Source: Phaeosaccion multiseriatum (taxonomy: Eukaryota > Protista > Ochrophyta, other classes). From it: a stretch of 64,000 bases of DNA. A program made the position numbers and the translations under genes. Below, piece after piece: positions 24,644-35,350 of this stretch; position 1 is the first letter of the stretch; each line of letters begins with the position of its first letter. The DNA lies in NCBI GenBank assembly GCA_965112735.1, contig OZ218953.1:5084001-5148000 (forward strand). Reading direction: 5' to 3'. The notes beneath the pieces were generated by a model that was not told the DNA's origin, searched no databases, and was given only the letters and a program-made list of their open reading frames with translations.

Positions 24644-25328
24644 TGTATGCGCGTGTGTGTGTGTGCGTCTCTTCTTTCTTGGATGAATGTCATTTGACTC
24701 ACCCATGCGCTTGCTGGCTTCCCCCCCATCTTCGCCCCCCCACCACCCCCCCTGCTCCTTCTCCTCCTCCTCCTCCTCCTCCTCCTCCTCCTCCTCCTCC
24801 TCCTCCTCCTCCTCCTCCTCCTCCTCCTCCTCCTCCTCCTCCTCCTTCTCCTCCTTCTTCTCCTCCTTCTCCTCCTCCTCCTCCTCCTCCTCCTCCTCCT
24901 CCTCCTCCTCCTCCTTCTCCTCCACCTCCTCCTCCTCCTCCTCCTCCTCCTCCTCCTTCTCCTCGCAGGAAATCACCAATCGCAGTACCCGCTACCAGGA
25001 GCTCTTTGTAACTGCGACAGGCGGTGGTGAGTTTGTGTGGCAAGGCACGCGAGAAGGCGAGCTTTTCCTTGCCCCGCAAGAGACGCACTTGCTGACCTAC
25101 AGCCTCACTCCGCTGGTGGCCGGACATGTCTTGCTGCCCTCCTTTGCCATCTCGGCTTCGGTCGGAGGAGGAGGAGGAGGAGGAGCAGGGGTAGGGGGAG
25201 GAGGGGTAGGAAGCAGTGGCAACAGTAGCACCGGCAACAGCCTATTGCCCGCCGGGCCGAGGGGCACGGTGAGCATCGTGGAAGGAGGAGCTTCGGGTCG
25301 GCAGCGGGCCATCTTCGTCTATCCTTGA
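17315..25328 (+). CDS. TRAPPC11: Trafficking protein particle complex subunit 11 (Foie gras/Gryzun family), about 1,920-1,950 aa
   Basis: Exons 17315 (or 17393/17405)-19264, 19736-19819, 19932-20054, 20326-20416, 20750-20990, 21133-21613, 22052-24586, 24969-25328, with consistent phases. N-terminus [11 protein letters not shown]...[11 protein letters not shown]...[20 protein letters not shown] matches TRAPPC11; [12 protein letters not shown]; [12 protein letters not shown]; C-terminal Gryzun-type FVWQG...[16 protein letters not shown]...IFVYP. Confidence 0.9.
24761..24962. repeat. (CCT)n microsatellite forming the polypyrimidine tract of the last TRAPPC11 intron
   Basis: About 200 bp of CCT/CTT ending just before the CAG acceptor at 24966-24968. 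Confidence 0.95.
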
Positions 25329-25416
25329 TGGTACTTCCAAGGGTACTTGAAGTAAACGACTGGGTGAAGGACTCCCCAGGGGGGCTGGCTCCAGCGCTCG
25401 GTCCGGATTACTTTTG

Positions 25417-25477
<61 letters not shown>

Positions 25478-25718
25478 TTTGCTCTTTTGTCATCCTTCGC
25501 GTGACGCTGCCGGTACTGTGAGGAGCCCCATTGGGCAAGGGGGTGTCTCTGATGGAGGTGGATGCTGAGGACAGCCAGGGGGCTGCCGGGGAGGGGCCCG
25601 TCCAGAGAACTTGGGGGGGAGATGGGTCTCAGCTCTCTCCACCTCTTTGTTAGCTTCGTACACTCCTGTGCAAAGTCATGCGTTCGGCCGCGTTGGAACC
25701 AGGGTCATTACGGGGGGG

Positions 25719-26996
25719 ATGCAGCAGGGACGAGGTGGTAGGCGTACAGAACGAGAAAAGCAAATTGAGCTGAACAAAAGAGATCCAGAAACTTGGAAAT
25801 AAGCGCGACTGGAGGGGGGTTGCGAGAGCGATTGAGGAGGCGAAAGTCATGAAATGAAGGCAAGCGGCCTCCAACCCGATGTCATCTCGTACAGCTCTGC
25901 GATTGATGCTTGTGGCAAGGCAGGGCAGCACGAGAAGGCGCTGGCCTTGCTGGAGGAGATGCGGAGGGAAGGTCTTGGACCCGATGTCATCTCGTACAAC
26001 TCTGCGATTGGTGCTTGTGGCAACGAAGGGCAGTGCGAGAGGGCGCTGGCCTTGCTGGAGGAGATGCGGAGGGAAGGCCTTCAACCCGATGTCATCTCGT
26101 ACAGCTCTGCGATTAGTGCTTGTGGCAAGGCAGGGCAGCACGAGAAGGCGCTGGCCTTGCTGGAGGAGATGCGGAGGGAAGGTTTTCAACCCGATGTCAT
26201 CACGTACAACTCTGCGATTGGTGCTTGTGGCAAGGCAGGGCAGCACGAGAAGGCGCTGGCCTTGCTGGAGGAGATGCGGAGGGAAGGTCTTCAACCCCAT
26301 GTCATCTCGTACAGCTCTGCGATTGATGCTTGTGGCAAGGCAGGGCAGCACGAGAAGGCGCTGGACTTGCTGGAGGAGATGCGGAGGGAAGGCCTTCAAC
26401 CCCATGTCATCTCATACAGCTCTGCGATTGATGCTTGTGGCAAGGCAGGGCAGCACGAGAAGGCGCTGGCCTTGCTGGAGGAGATGCGGAGGGAAGGTCT
26501 TCAACCCCATGCCATCTCGTACAGCTCTGCGATTGATGCTTGTGGCAAGGCAGGGTAGCACGAGAAGGCGCTGGCCTTGCTGGAGGAGATGCGGAGGGAA
26601 GGTCTTCAAACCCATGTCATCTCGTACAGCTCTGCGATTGATGTCCTGTCTGTGCTGAAGCAGTGGAACCCGGCTGATAGCCTGTACGCAGAGGCCATCG
26701 CAAGGGGCATAATGTCGCATTGGAAGAGGGGCAGCGAAGGGAAGGTGATGCACGAGAACTCGGAGTGGACCGGCAAGGCCGCCCTTCGTTACGCTCTGCA
26801 CGTGGAGGAGGCGAAGGGCCGGATCACCGTCATCACCGGGCGAGGCCGCGGTAGTGTGGGCGGTATCAGCGTGTTAAAGCCTGCGATGCTGACGTGCCTC
26901 AACAAGAGCTGTCTGGGCGTGCTCGTGATTACTTTTTGTTCCAAATTCCCCAATTTTTGGATGGCACTTGAAGGGCTTTTCCACCAACAGCTTTAA
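25719..26996 (+). pseudogene. Intronless PPR-SMR gene, disabled by frameshifts and a premature stop
   Basis: Seven near-identical 35-aa P-type PPRs (VISYSSAIDACGKAGQHEKALALLEEMRREGLQPD) start at 25881 with a 105-bp period, followed by a degenerate eighth repeat and an SMR-like tail (MHENSEWTGKAALRYAL...ITVITGRGRGS...VLKPAM). TAG at 26556-26558 stands where most sister repeats have CAG. Upstream, KQIELNK and EIQKLGNKRDWRGVARAIEEAK lie in different frames from each other and from the repeats. Confidence 0.85.
25881..26640 (+). repeat. 105-bp tandem array (about 7.3 copies) encoding the PPR motifs
   Basis: Unit starts at 25881, 25986, 26091, 26196, 26301, 26406, 26511 and 26616; only a few substitutions per unit. 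Confidence 0.97.
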
Positions 26997-27068
26997 CACG
27001 ATTCCCATACACCCCCCCCTGTATGCAAGTACACCCCATAGAAGAGTCATTCCAAAGACAACAACAAA

Positions 27069-27101
<33 letters not shown>

Positions 27102-27124
27102 TTCAACAGCCTCAAGCGTCTAAT

Positions 27125-29708
27125 ATGCCAGGTGCGGAGATTATGGACGAGGGGAAAGAAACAATGAGGCCAGCTCAGGGCGGAGGAAGGATAGCGGAGG
27201 CTGCCGCCCTTCGGCACGTAGGACCTGGATTACTCACCAAAGAAGGCTGGGATTTGTCTCATGCCAAGTGAAAACCCCGCTCCACCTCGTCTCACGAATC
27301 TCTCAGCTAATTCCCACATTCACTTCAACTGCTGCTCTTCCTGGTCTTATTTCTCCTCTTGCCTCCTCTCAGGGTTCCTCTGTCTTCAGTGTGTCAGTAC
27401 AGGACAGGTCGGCGTCATCGAGAGGTACCCTACTCCCCCTTCCTTGGTCGCTCGTATCTAATACTTTCCGTGATTAGTAATTTCCCTCTCTCCCTTCCGC
27501 TTAGGCTGGGTCAGTTCGGTGGCTTGGCACAGCCAGGACTGAACTGCATGCTGTGGCCGATCGACAGGATCGTCGCCACCCTCAGTACCCGCGTGCAACA
27601 GCTGGACGTGCAGGTACGACAGACTGGGAGAGAAAGGATAATTGAAACAGTTACTACCCACCTCGCTGGGACTCTTCATCACTAAGCTACGCCTTCTCGG
27701 GAGAGAGGCGTATGCCATAGAGCCAAAGAAAAGAGTCTCTTTGCAGCTCAGGCCCCTTCTCATTCGCTACGCACTCCCCTCTTCTGCTGTCCGTCTTCTC
27801 ACTCTCGGCTCTTAGGTGGAGACAAAGACGAAGGATAACGTGTTTGTGAACTGTGTGGTGTCGGTACAGTACCAAGTGAAGCTTGACAAGGTTTACGACG
27901 CGCACTACAAGCTCACCTCCCCTTCGCAGCAGAGTGAGTGCTGTGCGAGGCAGGCCCACCCCCGTCCCTCTGTCTCTCTCTCTTGTGTCTCACACACGAC
28001 CGACCCACTCTCTCCCTCTCGCCCCCCCCCCCCCCCATCTCTCTCTGTCTATACCAGTCCGTGCCTATGTGTTCGATGTGGTGCGCTCCACCCTCCCCAA
28101 GCTCGAGCTTGACGCTGCGTTCGAGGCGAAGGACGACATCGCTCACGCTGTCAAGGCTCAGCTCACACAAGTGGTGAGGGGGGGAAGCAAGTCAAGCGGG
28201 AGCAAGGAGGCAATGGGCGAGTGACTGAACTCAACAAGTGGACGAACGAATGAACGAAACTTTCCCTGTCCTGTGGATAGAAAGGTACCCCTTGTCCTGA
28301 TATCCCCCCTGTTCTGACACCTTGTATGCTTACAGATGGAGGACTTTGGCTTCGAAATCGTCCAAACGCTCGTCACAGACCTTGATCCCGAGCAGATGGT
28401 CAAAAGTGAGTTGTCTCAATGAATGAGTGGGTGGGTGGTTAGGTAGGTAAATGTGTAGGTGGGCAGGTGGGCAGGTGGACAGGTGGGTAGGTGGGTGGGT
28501 GGGTGGGTGAGGAACATGAGAGGGTAAGTGGGTAGGTAGATGGTGGAGATGGTGATGGTGCAGGAGCTTTGCCTTGTGCTTGTTGAGAAGAAGGAAGAGC
28601 CAATACAGAAGGTCGACCGGAGGGAAGGGGGTTGAAGAGGGCCTCGGCGGGGCGGACTCCGTCAGCGTATGGGGTGGCCCTCTCTTGTCGGCTCACTCAC
28701 TGCCTTACACCCTTTTAGTGTAACATACTATCCCATCTTCTCCTCCTCCTCCTCCTCCTCCTCCTCCTCCTCCTCAGACGCGATGAACCAAATCAACGCT
28801 TCCAAGCGAATGAGGGAGGCAGCGCTGAACAAGGCGGAGGCCGACAAGATTATGCAGGTTGGTAGCTGAGTGGAGGCGTCAGGACAGGGTGGGGTCTACG
28901 TAGTGTACTCTGGCTGTCTTGCTGTCCTCCTCCTTAACTTGCCCTTGATTTTGCTACTTGACCGCCTTGGTTGGTCCGTCCCTCCCGTTCGTTCTTTTTT
29001 TCCCTTTTATCTTACATGTCCTTCCGCCCTTTCGTTCCTTTGCCATAAACGGTCGTGCGTCTTTGTGATTCACTGCCATAGGTCAAGGCCGCAGAGGCCG
29101 AGGCGGAATCAAAATACCTCAGTGGAGTTGGAGTCGCGAAGCAGCGAAAGGTAACGTAAGGAGGGGGGGGGGGGCCGGCACCCGCGGGCCTGTGTGCGGG
29201 CGTGTATGTGCGCGGGTGTATGGTTGCGTGGGTGTGTGCGCTTCTTGCAATACTACCTCCATCTCCTCTTCGATTCGCCCCTGCTTACCGGTGACGACCT
29301 CCCCATTCGACTTTACTCGCGTTGTTCGTTGGCCAAGAGTAATCGCCACTCTTTCTTCCCCATCCATGGACTGCCATCCATCCATCCATCCATCCATCGA
29401 TCCATGCTTTCGTGCTTGTTCCTCGTGTGCCCTATTTCCTCAGGCCATCGTTGACGGGCTGCGAGACTCCATCGCTGACTTCAGCAAAGAGATCAACGGC
29501 ACAACGCCAAGTAAGAAGGAAGGAAGGAAGGAAGGAAGGAAGGCTGCTTTGCTTGGCTTGAGGGGGTGGGAGGGCGAGGGCAGGACCTGCGTATCTTACC
29601 ACAGCTGCGACAACCCAAGTCAAGAGGAGTTTGGACGCTTTCCCCTTGGTACAGACGCCCTCCACTAAACCGCCTACTCCGCCCCTCCGCCCTGCTCCGC
29701 TGTCCCTC

Positions 29709-29762
<54 letters not shown>

Positions 29763-30192
29763 CTTTCTCTATGTTAACTCGCACAGAGGACGTGATGGAC
29801 CTGCTCATGCTCACGCAATAGTAAGTCGTTAAGCCCGTCAATTCATTCCACAATCAGTGCTGTGTTTGTTGTTATTTGTCTCCAATTGCAAATGTAACCT
29901 TGACTGATTTCTACTGCGACTACTTAATGGTTCCTATACTTCATTCTCTTTGACGCTTTGTAATCAGCTTCGCTTTCCTCACACTTGTTTTCTGTGCTTA
30001 TTCATTTCTTTCCTTTCTCAATCAATGCTCTGCAGTATGGACATGTTGAAAGAGATCGGCGCCACTGGCGGTACCAACACCATCTTCCTGCCCCACACGC
30101 CGGACTCGGTGGCAGGGCTACAAGCCTCGATGAGAGACAGTTTCCTGCAGGGGGCGGCTGGCGCTAACAGCATGGGAAAGATCGAGCGCTGA
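27125..30192 (+). CDS. SPFH/band-7 domain protein, hypersensitive-induced response (HIR)-like
   Basis: Exons 27125-27131, 27373-27424, 27505-27613, 27816-27933, 28058-28173, 28336-28405, 28778-28857, 29082-29150, 29444-29510, 29787-29820, 30036-30192 splice in frame: MPGFLCLQCVSTGQVGVIERLG...VETKTKDNVFV...RAYVFDVVRS...AMNQINAS...[30 protein letters not shown]...DVMDLLMLTQYMDMLKEIG...IFLPH. An in-frame upstream ATG at 27023 would add a polyQ extension. Confidence 0.93.
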
Positions 30193-31392
30193 GTGAGTGA
30201 GTGAATGAATGATGCATCAGATACAGTAGTCTGTCTATGCCCTGAGCCTGCCTGAGGGCTGAGGCCTGAGGAAGCTTCTGTCTCCCTGAGACGGGCTGCC
30301 AAGAGAGAGGGATGGAGAGAGAGACACCCTGAGAAGAAGAAGAAGAAGAAGAAGGTGACGAGGATGTAGTGTATAATTGTCAGGCGAACAAAAGGCTGTT
30401 TGACTATGCGTTGCGGGACTTTGCTTTGCTTGGGTTGCAGCGTAGGACAGCGGAAGACCAGCGTCAGAGGGGGGAGGGGGGGCAACACAAGGCGGCTTGA
30501 AGCAAATACTACGAAGTACAAAGTTATTTAGTTGTAAGTACCCCTGGGCAACGCACGCCCAGGGGGGGTCTACTTGATGTCGCCGAGGGCACTGGCAGGG
30601 TTCTCCTCTTGCCTGCCAGGGCTCTGCATGGGAGGCCTGCCCGACAGAGAGAGAGAGAGAGACAGAGCACGCCAGAGTCTCACCGCGATTGGCGTAATGA
30701 ATGTAAAAGAAACCTTGATTACAACAAGTTCCCTCCGGTGAAAGGAAGCTCCTCCTCAGCCTCTGTCAGACAGAGCTCAAGCTCCACTGTCCCCAGCCCA
30801 ATTCAAGCCTCGTACCTACCGTGCTCTCTTCTCCATCAGTGGGGGAGGAAGGGAGGGAGGGAGGGAGGCAGCGCCTACTTGTGCCTGTCTGTTCACCAGT
30901 GGGGTGGGGTGGGTAGGACAGTGCCCCCCACCCTTCGCCCCTCGCACCTTGGGTACCTTGGGTCGCACGCTGCTCTGGCCGTGTCTCAACAGACCCCCTT
31001 GGGACACACACACACACACACACTCTCTCTCTCGTACACTCGCTTTCTCTCTCTTCCTCTCTCTCTCTCTCCCGTGGCGGCGCGTCCTCCGAAGAGACAA
31101 GTCCCTCCCCTGTCCTCGATCTGACCTTGTCCTGCCCCTGGCCAGAGCCTGGCGGTTACGCACTCCGTCAGTGACGTAGGTGGCGTAGGGCAGACGACTC
31201 AACACTCTCCATCTGCGGCTCGAGAGAGAGAGAGAGAGGGGCCAGCCTCCCTTCGCTATAGCGCTGCGGTGTGTCACTCTAGACGCTCATCTCTGGTCGT
31301 TGTACAAAGAGAGAGAGAGAGGTCCAGCAACAATCTCAAAAAAGATGGCATGTCACTGTGGGTGGAGGTGGGTTTTGTCGTCTTGCCATCAA

Positions 31393-33374
31393 TCAAGACA
31401 CGTCTCCGAGGGAAATACGGAACTGCTGCACCCCGGCCCGAATGCGTTCGGCGCTCTCGAGCAGCTGTCCACGCAGAGAGGCGTACGAGACCCTCCTTTC
31501 CTTGCCTGTCCCCTCCTCCACCTCCTCCTTTCCTCCTTCCTGCCCATCCTCCTCTTCTCCTTGCATCCTCCTCCCGCGCTCTTCTTCTTCTCCGCCGGGC
31601 AGGCCCGCTACAGCAACCACCGCAGCCCCAGTTGCGCTCGCTCTCGCTGCTGCCCGCAGGACGTCCTCCACTTGGAAGCCTCCTTCGAAGCCTCTGCATC
31701 CATCACCTCCATCGTCGTCGGCAGTTGTTGCCAAGTGGCCCAAATTGGCCACCAAATTGGCCACCAAGGCGCCACAAAACGCATTTCCGGCTCCCGTGGG
31801 ATCCACAACGCGATCAACAGGAGCTGCGGGCACGTGCCAGCAAGTGTGAGGGTCCTGCATCATGTTGTAGGCATGAGGAGCGAGCGCGAGAAAAGAGTGC
31901 AGTTCATAGCGACATCAGGCGAAGTGTCAGAGAGAGTTTCAGAGCGAGCAAATGAGTAGGAGGGAGATGGAATACAAGTGTAGAGTAAATAGGGAGCGAA
32001 CAGGGGGAAGGGGGGTTTGCACCTCCGTTCGTCTGGGTAGAGAGAGAGAGAGAGAGACACACACACAGAGATCGCACGAAAGCGGGGAGACCATGCTTGG
32101 AACTGAACTTTCGCCGTGTGGCACAAAACTTGAACGAGTGCCATCGATGCTGTTTATCTGTTGCCGATCGATTGACTCATGTACTGTACCTGACTGCACC
32201 ACACGAAGGAGCCGTTCGCGCCCTTCCTCACGCACACAACCCTGCTGCGGTTTCTCCTGCGACACTCTTGGCGCCGTGACGACTCTATGACGCCGCTGGT
32301 AGAGCGCTGCTGCTGCTGCTGCTGCTGTTGGACTCCTTCCTCAGGAAACATACACTGCGCCCAACGCCCTACGACCTCCGCCATGTCGCGGAAGCTCAAA
32401 CTGCCGCCGCTGTCAGCACGAGCCGCAGGGCTCTCGTCGCCCTCACCTTGTACGCGGAGGCAAGCGAGGCTTGCAACGACAGCGTCCCAGTCGGGCGACA
32501 CGATGTCTGCGCACCTCAAGGACTCAGCCAACCTTCGAACAAGGGCAGGAGTCAAGTCGCCGTTGAGAACGGGCTCCGCGCTGACAAGCATCCTCCTCCG
32601 CGCACCCAGCCCCTCTTCTGGGTCAAGAGATGCCTCCGCTAGAGCATTGGTCATGTCAATCTCCGCATAGCCCGGTCCCTCCACCAACACATGACAGGCT
32701 CTTCCTGCCGACTTGTAGTGCGCAGGTGTGGGCAGCTCTGTCCGGAGAATCTCTTCCCACCTGAACAGATAAGGCGGCGTCGCTAATCTCTGTTAGATGC
32801 ACCAAGTCGTCGCGGACTCCACCTCTCTCATGTGCTGGGTGCTTGGAGCCGCGATATAGTGGCTTAGTGGCTTTGCTTAACACCACACTCACCTGTCCCA
32901 CCCTTGCCCCGGAATCCAGATCATCTTCTCTCCCTCATATCGAATGGTCTCCCTGGGAGTGATCTTGCAGCCTGCCAGTACGTGCACGCCAGACGTGTCC
33001 ACGCCCATGCCCCGCAGAGTGTTCTCGTGCGTGGAGCCGGGGAAGTCCGCGCCCACTGGCGCAACCAGGCCTGCACATCCAAAGCAGGCAATTACATTTT
33101 CATACGAACCTCAGGGATCCCTCAACCCCTCCCTAGCCTCTTCACACTCCTTCTTACCTACTTCATTTCCCCAAACCCGTGCTGCCCAAGCTGCCTGGCT
33201 TGCCCCTCCACCAAGCAGAGAGCTGTCGGTCTCTGGGAAGTCGTCAATGATCACTTTTCCCACAATGACCAACAAATGCGGCTCGAGTGCCAACGCGAAT
33301 CCGAGGAGCGTGGCACACACTACGAGCACAAGGTTCAGTCTTCCACAAGAGGAGGAATGGAAGCATCCCCCCAT
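31393..33374 (-). CDS. PfkB/ribokinase-family carbohydrate kinase-like protein, about 475 aa, with a hydrophobic N-terminus
   Basis: Exons 33374-33158, 33070-32893, 32760-32190, 31854-31393 (1,428 nt). PfkB motifs VIVGKVIIDD, LGGGASQAAWAARVWG..VGLVAPVGADF, VCVRKGANGS, VVDPTGAGNAFCGAL. Confidence 0.85.
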
Positions 33375-33595
33375 CCTCTTTTCTCCTCCAGAGGTCTTGG
33401 GAGGGGCCTGGGGAGGGCCTTCACAGCAAGGATCAAGAAAAAGAAAAAAAGAAGATTAGAATGAGCTGAAACTCAAATTCGGCTGAAACTGTCACGAGAA
33501 GGCGACAGAGAGCAAAGAAATGCGGCGTGCGTGATGGAAGCTGCTTCCAAGGTCGCAGGTCGATTTGATCGTCCTGAATAGAACTTATAGGTAGC

Positions 33596-35311
33596 ATGGC
33601 CGGGGACAGCGGGACGGGCGTTCAGCGGAGCAATAGCAACGAGATGACAGCGAAGCTCGGGGTTTCGGGTGGAGGGCAGCAGCAATTGATGGGAAGCTCC
33701 ACTGCACTTGACGCCACTCAGGTAGACTGGGGGGAGGAACGGGGCGGGAATCGTCCGATCAGTAGTGGTGGGATGGCAGGGGGCAGTGGAGCAGGGGCCG
33801 GCACGAGGACTATGGCCGACATGAGGGCCGCGAGAGAGTCGAGGGCGACGGAAGCGCTGAAGATGAAGGACGAGCAGCTGCACATTCTGCAGCAGCAGAA
33901 CCACCAGCTCTTGGGGAACTTGGATAGGGTAGAAGAAGAGGCCACGAGAATCCAGGGGGAGAGGCTCACCTCTGAGGAAGAGAACCGAACTCTGCGCGAG
34001 AGCGTATTTGAGGCTCAGGGAAGGGCGAGGGGGGCAGAGGCAGCACTGAAGAAGGTGCAGGCGGAGGCAGGAGACAAGGAGAAGCAGCTCCGCATTATGA
34101 CAGATCAGAACAGCGAGCTTCTCAGACTGCTGGAGCAAGAAGAGGCCCAGACTGCGAGATTGGCGTCAGACGGAGATGCCGCTGTGAAGGAGTTGGATTT
34201 GCTCCGGGCAAAGTACGGCTCTCTGCTCACCACGGCCAAGACGCACGAGGAGTTGGCGGCGCGAGCGGCTAGGGAAGGGCAGCTACGGGCAGAGGAGGTT
34301 CGATTATTGCGGGCTGAGGGGAAGCAGCTGACGCAGCAGAACAGTGAGCTGAAAATGAAAGCTCAGGTGGAGTTAGAGAGTCTGCAGGAGCAGCTGCGGG
34401 TACGCAAGGAGAAGCAGTACCAGCTGCTGGAGAAGCTGCAGGGGCAGGAGGAGGCCAAGAGGCAGGCAGAGGATCAGGTATCCGGCATGGAGGAGAGGCT
34501 CCGTGTGCTCCATGCTCACGGAACAGAGCTGGAGACACAGTTACAAGTGGAGGCGCGCGCAAGGAGAAGTGCCGAGGAGGCGAACAAAGCTCTGGCGGTA
34601 GACCTCGACAATGCACGGCAAAACCTAAAGGACCTGCAAGCCAAGGTGGAGACGGCGGAGGGAGAGAGGCTGAGAATGGAGGCGGAGGCGCGAGACTCGG
34701 GAGAGCAGCTGAGAGAGATGGCTGAGAAAGTCTTTCAGCTGCTGGAGAGACTCAAGCTGGCGGAGCTGGCCAAGAACAAGGCAATGGAAGCGCTTCGCAG
34801 GAAGGATCAGGAGCTCGTGGCCATGAAGAAGAAGAACGGCCGTCTCATTAAGGAGTCTACCAAGGAGGGGCAGGCCAGGGTCAAGGCCGAGCTCGACTTG
34901 AAGGTGGTGTCCGATCAGGTCAGTCAGTCAGTCGTGCCGAGTGGCGGGGAAGGGGGCATGGAGAGTGTGTGTGAGAGAGAGTACTCAGCCTTTCTGGAGA
35001 GCATTTTCACGTCCATTGTCGTCTGCTGCTGTCATCTCATTTCCTCTCTTTCTTCTGGCCGCCTGTCTCTGCCGCTTATCCCACAGGTGGTGGCGCTGAA
35101 GAAGCACAACGCGCAGTTGACGGCACGGTGCCGAGAAGAGGTCAAGATGAAGCTCAAGGAGCACGAGGAGAGAAGAGAAACACAGGAAAAGGTGTGTAGC
35201 CCGCGCTTGTGCCCGTGTGTGTCCGTGCATGTGTGTGTATGTTGGCGGGTGTGCGTGTGTGATTGCTATTTGGGGGAAACATTACGTAAGCCTACGACAT
35301 GCAGAGCGCTC

Positions 35312-35350
<39 letters not shown>

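Noticed and set aside
26556-26558. TAG reassigned to Gln (alternative genetic code)
   Set aside because: The cyclophilin and rps1 genes end in TAG at the expected C-termini, and the PPR gene has other lesions; a C>T nonsense mutation is simpler.
25881-26640. CRISPR-like regular repeat
   Set aside because: Contiguous 105-bp coding units with no unique spacers, no cas genes, and a eukaryotic context.
25650-26801. Antisense and alternative-frame repetitive ORFs over the PPR array
   Set aside because: Shadows of the 105-bp repeat; only the PPR frame gives a recognisable motif.
30193-31392. ORFs between HIR and pfkB, and 39500-40300 upstream of the giant gene
   Set aside because: No domain motifs; composition matches UTR or intergenic DNA.
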